DNA of 64,000 nt from Nitrospinales bacterium (GTDB taxonomy: Bacteria > Nitrospinota > Nitrospinia > Nitrospinales > VA-1): positions 1,504,001 through 1,568,000 of the forward strand of contig CBDCWG010000012.1 in the NCBI GenBank assembly GCA_965223345.1. The letters are read 5' to 3'. The notes beneath the pieces are model-generated. The model was not told the DNA's origin. It ran no database searches and was given only the letters and a program-made list of their open reading frames with translations. The translations under genes were made by a program, and so were the position numbers. This document shows positions 30,727 through 39,977 of this stretch, in pieces. The first letter of the stretch is position 1. Every line of letters starts with the position of its first letter.

Positions 30727-30966
30727 ATGAACTTCAATCTGAATCAACAGAAATGGAAGAAGGTAAAAGCTAAAATCCAACTCACGTGGTGCGAATTCAC
30801 TGAACAGGAAATCGAGTTGATTCATGGCGACGTGCAGCGCCTGGCACTGGCATTGGAAAAGAAGTATGGAACCTCTACAGAAGAAGCTCAGCGGCAGGCG
30901 GAGTTGTTCAAACAACGCTACGAATTCATCTGGCCTGGAAAATTTAATTGCATCATCAAACCTTAG
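30727..30966 (+). CDS. Divergent CsbD-like protein
   Basis: KWKKVKAKIQLTW.EFTEQE...LEKKYG.S.EEA parallels the CsbD pattern; start uncertain (30715 or 30727). Confidence 0.65.
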   Translation: MNFNLNQQKWKKVKAKIQLTWCEFTEQEIELIHGDVQRLALALEKKYGTSTEEAQRQAELFKQRYEFIWPGKFNCIIKP

Positions 30967-30976
30967 GAGAACAAAG

Positions 30977-31669
30977 ATGACTCAAATCTTCAAGAATAAA
31001 TCCAAGAACCCCTCTTTCATTGTGTTTGTGTTTTTCGCTCTGTTCGGTGCTTTGACCCTTGCGGGTGGCAGCGTGCAGGCGTCGGATGGAACCAAGCATT
31101 CCAAAGCAACGAAGCAATCCAAAGCAGATAAAGAATGCGATTCGAAATCTTCCAAAGGATCCGACACTTGGATTGAAGGCAAACTGGAAGGCGCTTATCT
31201 ATTGAACAAGCATCTCAATTCCATGGAAATCGACACGGTGGTTAAAAATCAAACCGTATTCCTTTCCGGCAACGTGGACACGGAGGTTGAAAAGGATCTG
31301 GCCGGCGAAATCGCCAAAAGCATCGAAGGTGTGGAGGAAGTGGAGAACAAGCTGACCGTTCGTCCTGAGAAATTTAGAAAGAAGCAGGAAAAGTCCGCCA
31401 AGAAGGATGAGACTGACGACGATGGAGAACGGGATTTCGTGCAGAAAGTGAAAGACGCCTCCATCACCGCAGCAGTCAAAGTCAAACTGCTCGCCAATAG
31501 CAATACGGATGGCAGCGATATCAACGTCGATACCCAGCGGCAAACCGTAACGCTGCGCGGAAAGGTGCACTCTCCGGAAGAGAAGGATCTGGCTGAAAAA
31601 ATCGCCATGAACACGGAAGATGTGCTCAAAGTGGCCAATGAACTGAAAGTGGACGCATCGAAAGAATGA
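30977..31669 (+). CDS. osmY: OsmY-like periplasmic protein with two BON domains
   Basis: Signal peptide; D.WI..K and DASITAAVK; two V.L.G.V...GV..V.N.L-type repeats; AGGAG RBS. Confidence 0.85.
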   Translation: MTQIFKNKSKNPSFIVFVFFALFGALTLAGGSVQASDGTKHSKATKQSKADKECDSKSSKGSDTWIEGKLEGAYLLNKHLNSMEIDTVVKNQTVFLSGNVDTEVEKDLAGEIAKSIEGVEEVENKLTVRPEKFRKKQEKSAKKDETDDDGERDFVQKVKDASITAAVKVKLLANSNTDGSDINVDTQRQTVTLRGKVHSPEEKDLAEKIAMNTEDVLKVANELKVDASKE

Positions 31670-31728
31670 GCGTCCTCCCCGACGCTTTGGTGAGTGCCGC
31701 CGGTCCAGCCCCCGGGCGGCTCACTCAG

Positions 31729-31768
31729 CCGGCCAGACCCGAAACGGTCTGGCCGGTTTGTGTTTTTT
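31729..31768 (+). terminator. Rho-independent terminator
   Basis: CCGGCCAGACC-CGAAAC-GGTCTGGCCGG perfect 11-bp stem followed by a T-rich tail. Confidence 0.85.
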
Positions 31769-32013
31769 CGCAAGCCTGAACTCCCATCCTGCTCCCAGCA
31801 GGCAGTAACCCCATACAACCGCCCGTTAAATTAATCTTTCAGGCTGCGACGGATTCGGTTTTCGGAACAGGTCCTTTCAAGTTTAGAATTACTTTCAAAG
31901 TATAGTGATATTCATAGAAATTGGGCAAAAAATGTTGTACTTTGAGCTGTCGAATTAATATTACGTCCCCCCCCCCAATCTTGTGCTTCTGGCGATCAGA
32001 AGGAGATTCATAC

Positions 32014-33441
32014 ATGTCTAAAAAAATGATGATCATCAAGCAGGATGCTGAGTCCGGGACCGGGTTGGCGAAGTACTACCGGGAACGAGGCTGGATAGTC
32101 AAAGTTGCCAACAGCATTTCCGCAGCGCATTTAATGACGGATAACGATGATTGGTGTCCGCAGGTCATTATCGCCAACCTGAGGTTCACGGACGGTAAGT
32201 TGTTCGATCATCTTGAAACCTTTCAAAGCCATGTGACTTTTTCAGAATGGATATTTATTGTCAGGGAGTCGGATCAGAAGGATCTGGATCGCATCAGTGA
32301 ACTGGCTTATGATTTTCTGCTAAAACCTTACGATCAAAAACGTCTGGACGTACTGGTCGCGCGCGCCCACCGGGCTGCCTTGTGCAATCTGAAACTGGAT
32401 AACTATGATGCATGCAACAAAAAGAAATATAAGCTCGATGCGTATCTGGGAAGCAGCGAGCCGGTGCAGGAACTGAAAGACATGCTCAAGGAACTGACTC
32501 AAGTTGAAATCAGCGCCATGATCATCAACGGCGAGACCGGTACGGGAAAGGGACTGGTTGCGCGCATCCTGCATCATGCCAGCGAACTGCGCAAAGACGG
32601 TCCGCTGGTGGAGATGAACTGCGCGGGGCTTCCCAGGGAATTGATGGAGTCGGAAATATTCGGCCACGAGGCCGGCGCCTTCACCGGGGCCAAAAGCCGC
32701 CACCGGGGCTATATGGAGCAGGCCGACGGCGGCACGCTGTTCATGGATGAAATCGCGGACATGCCGATGGATTTGCAGGCAAAATTGCTGAAAGCCATTG
32801 AGGATAAAACGATCCGCAGGCTCGGGGGAGAACGGGAGATCACTCTCGATCTTCAGATCATCGCGGCGTCCAGCATCGACTTGAAAGCAGCGGTCGAAAG
32901 GAAAGAATTTCGCAGCGATCTGTACCACCGCCTTTCCGTGTTCTGTTTGAGTCTGCCGCCGCTTCGATCCCGCAAGAACGACTTGGTGGAGCTGGTTCCG
33001 AACATCATCGCGGAACTCAATCTCAAGGCCGGCAAGCATGTGAAAGTGGTACCCGATGAGGTCTGGAAAGAAATGATGGAATACGACTGGCCCGGAAACA
33101 TCCGCGAGTTGCGCAATGTGATCGAGCGCTGCGTGCTCCTTTCCAAAGACGAGATTTTTCCCGCACAGTGGCTGCAGCTCAAAGAATATTGCACGCCCAT
33201 TCAGGACTCATCTGCGGCTGGAAAGACTCCCGAAGAGGGGTATTGCCATGTGGACGATCACAGCCGTGTCACGATCCCCCTGGATGGCAGCATGTCGTTG
33301 GAGGAGATGGACAAGCACATCATTGAGACGGCTCTAAAAAGTAAGGAGTACAACGTCATGGAAACCGCCCGCAGCCTGGGAACGACGCGGGAAACGCTCC
33401 GCTATCGTATGCAAAAATACAATCTCAAGACCGCAAGCTAG
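32014..33441 (+). CDS. sigma54-dependent transcriptional activator (NtrC/Fis family) with degenerate receiver
   Basis: GETGTGK, GAFTGA, LFMDEI, WPGNIREL, C-terminal HTH; receiver has IIKQD and IANL instead of acidic pocket and Asp. Confidence 0.92.
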   Translation: MSKKMMIIKQDAESGTGLAKYYRERGWIVKVANSISAAHLMTDNDDWCPQVIIANLRFTDGKLFDHLETFQSHVTFSEWIFIVRESDQKDLDRISELAYDFLLKPYDQKRLDVLVARAHRAALCNLKLDNYDACNKKKYKLDAYLGSSEPVQELKDMLKELTQVEISAMIINGETGTGKGLVARILHHASELRKDGPLVEMNCAGLPRELMESEIFGHEAGAFTGAKSRHRGYMEQADGGTLFMDEIADMPMDLQAKLLKAIEDKTIRRLGGEREITLDLQIIAASSIDLKAAVERKEFRSDLYHRLSVFCLSLPPLRSRKNDLVELVPNIIAELNLKAGKHVKVVPDEVWKEMMEYDWPGNIRELRNVIERCVLLSKDEIFPAQWLQLKEYCTPIQDSSAAGKTPEEGYCHVDDHSRVTIPLDGSMSLEEMDKHIIETALKSKEYNVMETARSLGTTRETLRYRMQKYNLKTAS

Positions 33442-33512
33442 AAATTTCTTTTTCAAATAGTCCAAACGTTCTTCCTCACTACACTACCGGCTTTATCACC
33501 TCTCTGTGATTT

Positions 33513-33545
33513 GGGGCATATGCCCCGCCAGGGTGGATATCCACC
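33513..33545. promoter_or_regulatory. Two tandem perfect 14-bp palindromes (candidate enhancer)
   Basis: GGGGCATATGCCCC (33513-33526) and GGTGGATATCCACC (33532-33545). Confidence 0.6.
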
Positions 33546-33610
33546 GCCTCTGGATCGTTTGCAACCCCCCGATAATCGATTTAGGCATTGATTTTATTGC
33601 TCTTTAAGGT

Positions 33611-33626
33611 TGGCATCAATACTGCA
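33611..33626 (+). promoter_or_regulatory. sigma54 -24/-12 promoter
   Basis: TGGCATCAATACTGCA; IHF-like site at 33581-33593. Confidence 0.68.
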
Positions 33627-33665
33627 AATCTATCATTGGGTAAATTCTAAGAAAGGTGCCTGGTC

Positions 33666-33962
33666 GTGCAGAATAAGTACGAAATGCTCAAAAACCTGGA
33701 AGATCAACTGGGCGAGTTTGATGATGATTTGACTGAGAGGATTGAGAAGATCGAAGCGGCTTATCAGGGTTCAGGTGTTCCTGTAGGATTGAGAAAGAAG
33801 ATACAGGAGCTGGTCGATTTCAGGAAAGATTATGCGGATATGTTGCAGCAACTGAAATGGGCCGCGGATAATTCCTGGGAGGAACTTGAAATAAAAGCCG
33901 GCCGAATGTACCAAAAACTTTCTCAATCGATCATAGAGATCCGTGAGGATTATAAAGATTAA
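33666..33962 (+). CDS. Small coiled-coil hypothetical protein (possible stress protein)
   Basis: Helical, charged; LK.AADNSWEEL motif; directly downstream of a sigma54 site. Confidence 0.6.
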   Translation: MQNKYEMLKNLEDQLGEFDDDLTERIEKIEAAYQGSGVPVGLRKKIQELVDFRKDYADMLQQLKWAADNSWEELEIKAGRMYQKLSQSIIEIREDYKD

Positions 33963-33999
33963 ATAAAAAATTTTTCAATTGTATAAATTGAGGAGATAA

Positions 34000-34422
34000 A
34001 TGGCTATCACGAAAGAAAAGCTGATCGAAGAATTGAACAAGGATCTGGAGTGGGAATACGCATCGGCGGTTCAATATATTCAGCATGCGTCTATGGTGAA
34101 GGGCCCGCTGTACCAATTGATTCAAAACGAACTGCTGGTTCATTCCAAGGAAGAAATGCAGCACGCCGCGAAAATTTCCGAACAGATCGAGTTTTTAGGC
34201 GGCGTTCCCACTATCGCCATCGAAGATCGAAAGATCGCGCGCGACAGCCTCACCATGCTCAAGCAGGATCTGGAAGGAGAGGAAATTGCGATCGAACGCT
34301 ATAAAAAAAGGATCGAGCAGGCGGAGGAGCTGGGGGAATACGGTCTGCGCCGGATCTTGGAGGATATTCTTGTTGAAGAGGAAGAACACAAACGCGATTT
34401 GATGGATGTGATCGAAGACTAG
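34000..34422 (+). CDS. Ferritin-like/bacterioferritin family protein
   Basis: E..A..QY..H, EEMQHA, E..AIERY, EEEH diiron ligands; GAGGAG RBS. Confidence 0.88.
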   Translation: MAITKEKLIEELNKDLEWEYASAVQYIQHASMVKGPLYQLIQNELLVHSKEEMQHAAKISEQIEFLGGVPTIAIEDRKIARDSLTMLKQDLEGEEIAIERYKKRIEQAEELGEYGLRRILEDILVEEEEHKRDLMDVIED

Positions 34423-34485
34423 AGCGATTGCAGGTGAATCACCCTCTCAAACCGCATCCGTTCACTTTCTAGAAGGGGAACCATC

Positions 34486-34650
34486 ATGATTTCATGGGCC
34501 GTTACGTTTCTCATCATTGCGATCATCGCCGGTGTTCTGGGTTTGTCCGGCATCGCCGGCACCGCCACGCAGATCGCCTGGATCCTGTTTGTTGTCGGGT
34601 TGATCCTCGCATTGGTATTCGGACTGCTTGGCAGAAGGCCTCCGATTTGA
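34486..34650 (+). CDS. Second DUF1328/UPF0391 small membrane protein (54 aa; not in ORF track)
   Basis: [50 protein letters not shown]. Confidence 0.9.
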   Translation: MISWAVTFLIIAIIAGVLGLSGIAGTATQIAWILFVVGLILALVFGLLGRRPPI

Positions 34651-34747
34651 ACAACGGGCGCGGTTGATGAGACAGGGCAAGAGCAACGCGCCGCATAAGT
34701 GGCGCCGTTCATTGCCGGAGTTCATAAAATATAGCGAATAAAATGAC

Positions 34748-34772
34748 AAGGCCGGCGGTGCGCCGGCCTTTT
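34748..34772. terminator. Rho-independent terminator (possibly bidirectional)
   Basis: AAGGCCGGCG-GTG-CGCCGGCCTT followed by TT. Confidence 0.75.
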
Positions 34773-34851
34773 ACCTTCCGCGATTCATAGGGCGCTCATA
34801 GCATCCGAAAGCGCATCGCAGGATGCCATACCTGACGGCTGAGTTAAGAAA

Positions 34852-35427
34852 TCAATTTTTAAGCAAAGCCGCCTTCAAATCTTCCGAAACAGGCTTGGCG
34901 CCGATCCACTGCTCCAGCAGTGCCTCGAACAAGCCCGGTCCGGGATCGGAAAATTTTTTCTCCGCATTGAGATAAAAAACCGTTGCCTGATCGGGGAGGT
35001 AGGAGAAAAAAAGTACGTCTCCCTGGTTCAATTTGAAGAACTTTTTTTTGAACCGGTTGTACAGCTTGTCGGATAGTTCGGGCCGGATGGCTTCCTTCCA
35101 GGGATCGGGCACTTCTTCGGGCATTTCGGAAGTCAGCACTTCGATGCGGATGCCTACCGGGTGGCTGAGTGCCTGAATCGAATCCAGATCGCCTCCCTGC
35201 CTGGAATCCATATACAGCGCACATTGGTACACATCAAAAAATGCGTAGCTGCGGACGCCGGATGAAAACAGCGACCAGTCCCTCCCTCCGATGTGGATCG
35301 TTTCCGGTGGATTTTCTTGAGCCGATGAGGTGCCGAATGACAGAACGCTCAGGCACAACAGGGCAAAAGCCAGTACATTGCCGGGCGACGGGAATTGCCG
35401 AGTGCGTGAAGGGAGGTTCATGCGCAT
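34852..35427 (-). CDS. Secreted chalcone-isomerase-like fold protein
   Basis: Signal peptide; GVRSYAFFDVY..ALY; F.ALL..WIG.KPVS..LK.ALL. Confidence 0.75.
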   Translation of the reverse strand: MRMNLPSRTRQFPSPGNVLAFALLCLSVLSFGTSSAQENPPETIHIGGRDWSLFSSGVRSYAFFDVYQCALYMDSRQGGDLDSIQALSHPVGIRIEVLTSEMPEEVPDPWKEAIRPELSDKLYNRFKKKFFKLNQGDVLFFSYLPDQATVFYLNAEKKFSDPGPGLFEALLEQWIGAKPVSEDLKAALLKN

Positions 35428-35631
35428 ACCCTGAAATCCAGATTGGTGCCTGTTCGACCTTGCGGGGTTGTTCCTTCCTTTTTACCGCAATCTATGGATA
35501 CCGTATCCGTATTATACCCGGAAACCGGGAATCCGATGCCTCAAACGGGATAATTTGCGTTATCATTCTTGCGAATGACGCCCACAAATCCAGATGGGCT
35601 TAACGCAAACGTGATTTTCGTTGATTTGGCA

Positions 35632-36750
35632 ATGAGCATTACAAAAATCGTCCTGATATCCCTCGCCATCCTGCCTGTTTTCGCCAGTGTGATCCCGCTT
35701 TCCGATAAAACACACTGGACCGTGCGTGCCTTCGATTTTCCACGTCCGCAGTTTGCGCTGCTGGGTCTGTGTGTGTTTGCGGTATACGCGCTGTTTTGTT
35801 TCGATACGCCATTGGATTTTGCGATTCTGGCCGCAATCCTTCTGGCCACAGCCCGCCAGGTGTATCTCATTTTTCCCTACACCCCGCTTGCGGCCAAGCA
35901 GGTGATGGACGCACAAAAACCGCACCCGGACAACACCCTGGGGCTCGTCGTGGCGAATGTGTTGAAACCCAACCGCAATGTGGAAAGACTGTTGCGAAGC
36001 ATCCGCGAAACCGATCCCGACATCATCCTCACTTTGGAAACCGACAAGTGGTGGGAAGCCCAATTGCAGGTTCTCGAAAAAGATTATCCTCACACATTAA
36101 AATGTCCGCAGGACAACCTCTACGGCATGCACTTTTATTCCCGCCTGGCTATAGAGAATCCGCAAATCCATTTTCTGGTCGAAGAAGACGTGCCGTCCAT
36201 GCACGTGAAAGTGCGCTTGCGCTCGGGGCATCCCGTCGATCTGCGTTGCCTGCATCCCGCGCCTCCCAGTCCCACGGAAAACACGGCGTCCAGGGAGCGG
36301 GACGCGGAACTGCTGCTCGTGGGCAAAGCGGTCACCGCCTATAAAGGTTCCGTCATCGTCACCGGAGACCTGAACGATGTGGCCTGGTCCAGGACGACCA
36401 CCCTGTTCAAGAAAATCAGCGGCCTGCTGGATCCGCGCATCGGCAGAGGCATGTACAGCACCTACAACGCCAAATACTGGTTTTTGCGCTGGCCGTTGGA
36501 CCACCTGTTCCACAGCAACGACTTCACGCTTGTGTCGATCGGCACACTGCCGTATTTTGGTTCCGATCATTTTCCCATCCACGTGACCTTGAGCCACGAG
36601 CCGGAGAAAAAGCAGGTGCAACCGGCGCCCGAGGCTGATGAAGAAGATGAGAAGCTCGCGCGGAAAAAAATCAGGCAGGGAAATGGTGAGCCGGTATCCG
36701 TGAAGCCCGATCTCAGTGTATCGATGAATGAGGAAAAAAAGGAAGAATGA
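35632..36750 (+). CDS. Membrane-anchored endonuclease/exonuclease/phosphatase family protein
   Basis: N-terminal TMs, FDFPR.Q, ANVL, GDLNDVAWS, PLDH, SDHFP; start uncertain. Confidence 0.88.
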   Translation: MSITKIVLISLAILPVFASVIPLSDKTHWTVRAFDFPRPQFALLGLCVFAVYALFCFDTPLDFAILAAILLATARQVYLIFPYTPLAAKQVMDAQKPHPDNTLGLVVANVLKPNRNVERLLRSIRETDPDIILTLETDKWWEAQLQVLEKDYPHTLKCPQDNLYGMHFYSRLAIENPQIHFLVEEDVPSMHVKVRLRSGHPVDLRCLHPAPPSPTENTASRERDAELLLVGKAVTAYKGSVIVTGDLNDVAWSRTTTLFKKISGLLDPRIGRGMYSTYNAKYWFLRWPLDHLFHSNDFTLVSIGTLPYFGSDHFPIHVTLSHEPEKKQVQPAPEADEEDEKLARKKIRQGNGEPVSVKPDLSVSMNEEKKEE

Positions 36751-36946
36751 TCCAACGGGATGAAACCGGTTCGGTTCGGAATCCTTAATCCCTCACGTCA
36801 TGGCCACCCCCTCAATATTTTGTTCGAATCATTGAAATTAGATTTTAAGGATTTGTTGCGTGGCGATATCCGGAATTCTCCAGCATCATTGCTTGGATTT
36901 ATTTTTTATAAAAACCATACCGTAACGAAGTATTCTTCTTATATCC

Positions 36947-37318
36947 TCACAGCTCCAACTGCGGAGCGAATTGATTGTCGCAGCTGCGGGTGCACATCCA
37001 TTTCTTTTCCCCACACCTGAACTGCGCGGAGGGGTTCTCTCCAGCGCCGCTCATGCAGGAATCGAATTCCTGTGTGCATTTATCCAGACAGGCTTTTTGG
37101 GTCTGCTGCAGAATATACGGAAGTTGGAAATCGGATCCTTCCCAGCCCACTATTTCCATATTTCCTTTCAAGCACGGCTTGCCTGGGGATGAAGGGTTCA
37201 AGTCGGTCACCGGATTCAAGGGAACCGACGGCTTTGTGGTTTCTCCCGCATTCGCCAGGCCTGTTGTCAGAAATAAAATGACCAGGGAACAAAGGATCCA
37301 TGTTCGGAATTTCATCAT
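36947..37318 (-). CDS. Small secreted Cys-rich hypothetical protein
   Basis: Signal peptide ending ANA; C-terminal Cx3Cx6C...Cx6Cx3C; AAAGGAG RBS. Confidence 0.7.
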   Translation of the reverse strand: MMKFRTWILCSLVILFLTTGLANAGETTKPSVPLNPVTDLNPSSPGKPCLKGNMEIVGWEGSDFQLPYILQQTQKACLDKCTQEFDSCMSGAGENPSAQFRCGEKKWMCTRSCDNQFAPQLEL

Positions 37319-37458
37319 GCAACTCCTTTCTCATTCCCAGCCCTGAGCGGGAGAATTCCGGATACACGCATTATCAGCTCACGCCCCTCGCTGAAATCGA
37401 TTGTGAAAAGAGATGAACCGCATTGGCGATTTCGCGGATGGGGTCGCATTTCTCCCGA

Positions 37459-37551
37459 TCATTCGTTGAACAGCCCCGAAGTGAAGAAGCTCAAAAAACC
37501 GATTGCCGCAACACCCGCCATCATTGCCATCCATACAGAAGTCGGTTCCAT
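37459..37551 (-). CDS. Putative 30-aa single-TM small protein (not in ORF track)
   Basis: MEPTSVWMAMMAGVAAIGFLSFFTSGLFNE with GGAGG 6 nt before ATG. Confidence 0.55.
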   Translation of the reverse strand: MEPTSVWMAMMAGVAAIGFLSFFTSGLFNE

Positions 37552-38178
37552 AGCACACCTCCGATTGTTAAAAAAAGGAACGATGTCTCTTCATAAACGG
37601 ATCGTTATGGGATCCAGATCCGGTTTGTCTGCTTTGCCCGATCGCTGATAAAACTTCCATCATCGGTTTCTAACCCGTTCACAGCTTAAGATGTGCGGGC
37701 TAAAGTTTGGTTTTATTGATAATATCTTATGATTTTATTGATATTATCAATGTATGGTGAACCGGTGGATCTGCTGAACTGTCCGTAAATGCAATGTTTT
37801 CGGGTTCTGACGGTGGGGGGTGATCCAGGGCGAAAAAACCGAGGAGGTGACAGCCTGCAATCAGCTTTGCTCTGGCAATGAACCGCGTTCTCGGTCTTGC
37901 ATCCCCTGGGGTGAAAGAATGGACGATCAGCCTGGAGATCAACTTCGCGTTTTAGCTTGTGGTGAGTGGGGAAAATGGGTTCCGGCGGAGCGGGAAAAAC
38001 AATGGACTGAGGATAGGCCATAATTCATAATATTAGCGATTACGAAAAACACGAATTCCACAGTGTGCATCAACCCGTCAACGGATGGCGGGACACGTCA
38101 ACACTTCATCGTTCCTGCGCGGGCGACAGAGCAGGTCTGGGTGTGAAATGGATTGGATCTCTCAGGAAGGTGAGTTGA

Positions 38179-38667
38179 GTGACATTGGCTGAAGAAAGAA
38201 GGAAATGGTTTGCCATCCTGTCTCGGGGAATTCTGTTTCTTCTGATTTGGTGGATTCTCACCGATGGATCGGTCCCGTCCTTGTGGATCGGTGTTCCGGC
38301 GGTCTTTCTGGCCGTGACTGCCAGCATGAAGCTGATTCCACCCGTTCCTTTTGACGGGTTCGAACTTTTCAGGTTCGTGCCTTTTTTCCTCCTTCACTCT
38401 CTGCTCGGTGGTGTGGATGTGGCCCGGCGCGCCTTTCAGCCGGATTTGCCCATTGCCCCCGAGCTCATAGAATATCCAATGCGTCTGCCGCCGGGATTGC
38501 CGCTTGTATTCATGACCAACGTGATCTCTCTGCTGCCGGGAACATTGAGCGTTGCCATCGATCGGAGTGTGTTGAAGTTGCATGTGCTGGACGGGAGTAA
38601 AGATTATGTCACTGAGCTCAAGGCATTGGAGCAAGGCGTCGCGCGTCTGTTCCGTGTCTCCTTGTAG
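38179..38667 (+). CDS. mrpE: Mrp antiporter subunit E
   Basis: W.ILT, DVARR, ISLLPGTL, LHVLD. Confidence 0.88.
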   Translation: MTLAEERRKWFAILSRGILFLLIWWILTDGSVPSLWIGVPAVFLAVTASMKLIPPVPFDGFELFRFVPFFLLHSLLGGVDVARRAFQPDLPIAPELIEYPMRLPPGLPLVFMTNVISLLPGTLSVAIDRSVLKLHVLDGSKDYVTELKALEQGVARLFRVSL

Positions 38668-38705
38668 GTTTACCAGCGGGATCTTATATATAGGAAACTG
38701 GATAA

Positions 38706-39692
38706 ATGAAACGATTCAAAAATATTCTTTGCGTGGTGGAACCCAAAGAGACGTACAAGCCAGCCCTGGAGCGCGCCGTCACACTGGCAGAGAACAACCA
38801 GGCCGATCTGACGGTCGTCAACGTGACACCGAAGATCACGGCAGGGATCGGAATGCCGGAAGGGGGGCCTGTATCCGCCGAGTTGCAGGCTGCCGTGGTG
38901 AGCGCCCATGCTCAAGCAATGGAAACCCTGATCGAACCTTACCGCAAACGGATCGAGATTCAAACCAGGGTGTTGACCGGCACGCCTTTTCTGGAAATCA
39001 TCCGCGAGGTGCTGCGCAATGGACACGATCTGGTGATCAAGATCCCCCAGAATCTGGACTGGCTGGACCGGTTATTCGGCAGCGACGACATGCACCTGTT
39101 GCGCAAGTGCCCCTGTCCGGTCTGGCTCATCAAACCCACTGAACAGAAATCCTACGCCCGCATCCTGGCGGCGGTCGATGTGGATGATGACGACAGCTGC
39201 CCGCCGGAGGAGCTGGAAACGCGGCGTGCGCTGAACCGGCAGATTCTTGAAATGGCGTGTTCCCTCGCACTGTCCGATTTTGCGGAGTTGCATGTGATGC
39301 ACGCCTGGGATGCGATCGGCGAGAGCGCCATGGGCGGCTCATTCATGCACACGCCAAAGAAGAAAATCACCGCCTACGTCGAACAGGTGAGGCGGCACCG
39401 CAAGGCTGGTTTTGATGCGCTCATGAGTGATGTGACCCGCAATGTGGGCAAAGACGCCACGGATTATCTGCAACCCAAAACGCATCTGGTGAAGGGGCTG
39501 GCTTCCAGGGAAATTCTGGCGGTGACCCAGAAGATCCAGGCCAACCTGGTTGTCATGGGGACGGTGGGACGCACCGGCATTCCCGGATTTTTTATCGGCA
39601 ACACCGCAGAAACCGTCTTGAACCAGATCGATTGCTCCGTGCTTGCGATCAAGCCGCCCGGATTCAAAACGCCGGTCACTCTGGAGGCTTGA
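38706..39692 (+). CDS. Tandem universal stress protein (UspE-like)
   Basis: FKNIL, LLRKCPCPVW, VMGTVGRTGIPGFFIGNTAE. Confidence 0.92.
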   Translation: MKRFKNILCVVEPKETYKPALERAVTLAENNQADLTVVNVTPKITAGIGMPEGGPVSAELQAAVVSAHAQAMETLIEPYRKRIEIQTRVLTGTPFLEIIREVLRNGHDLVIKIPQNLDWLDRLFGSDDMHLLRKCPCPVWLIKPTEQKSYARILAAVDVDDDDSCPPEELETRRALNRQILEMACSLALSDFAELHVMHAWDAIGESAMGGSFMHTPKKKITAYVEQVRRHRKAGFDALMSDVTRNVGKDATDYLQPKTHLVKGLASREILAVTQKIQANLVVMGTVGRTGIPGFFIGNTAETVLNQIDCSVLAIKPPGFKTPVTLEA

Positions 39693-39698
39693 GCACGC

Positions 39699-39977
39699 GT
39701 GCAGATCCTCTACCACGCATTGGCGCTGTTTCTGCTGATGAACCTTAGCGCCGGGATGTGGCGCATACTGAAGGGGCCGACCGCCGCCGATCGCATGCTG
39801 GCCGCGCAATTATTCGGCACGACCGCGGTGGCCCTGTTGCTGCTGCTGGCTCAGGCAGCCGAAAACGCAGCCCTGCGCGATGTGGCGCTGGTGTTTGCCC
39901 TGTTGGCCGCAGTGACGGCTGTGGCTTTCGTGCGGCGGGCGTGGACGGATCGAGAGGCGGACCATGAATCCGATTGA
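39699..39977 (+). CDS. mrpF: Mrp antiporter subunit F
   Basis: GPTAADR, DVALVFALL. Confidence 0.88.
   Translation: MQILYHALALFLLMNLSAGMWRILKGPTAADRMLAAQLFGTTAVALLLLLAQAAENAALRDVALVFALLAAVTAVAFVRRAWTDREADHESD

Noticed and set aside
34852..35427. Flavonoid metabolism from the chalcone isomerase-like gene
   Set aside because: Bacterial secreted CHI-fold proteins are common, and no pathway context is present.
37560..38178. Possible riboswitch or sRNA upstream of mrpE
   Set aside because: Long intergenic region, but no family motif I can support by eye; needs an Rfam/Infernal scan.
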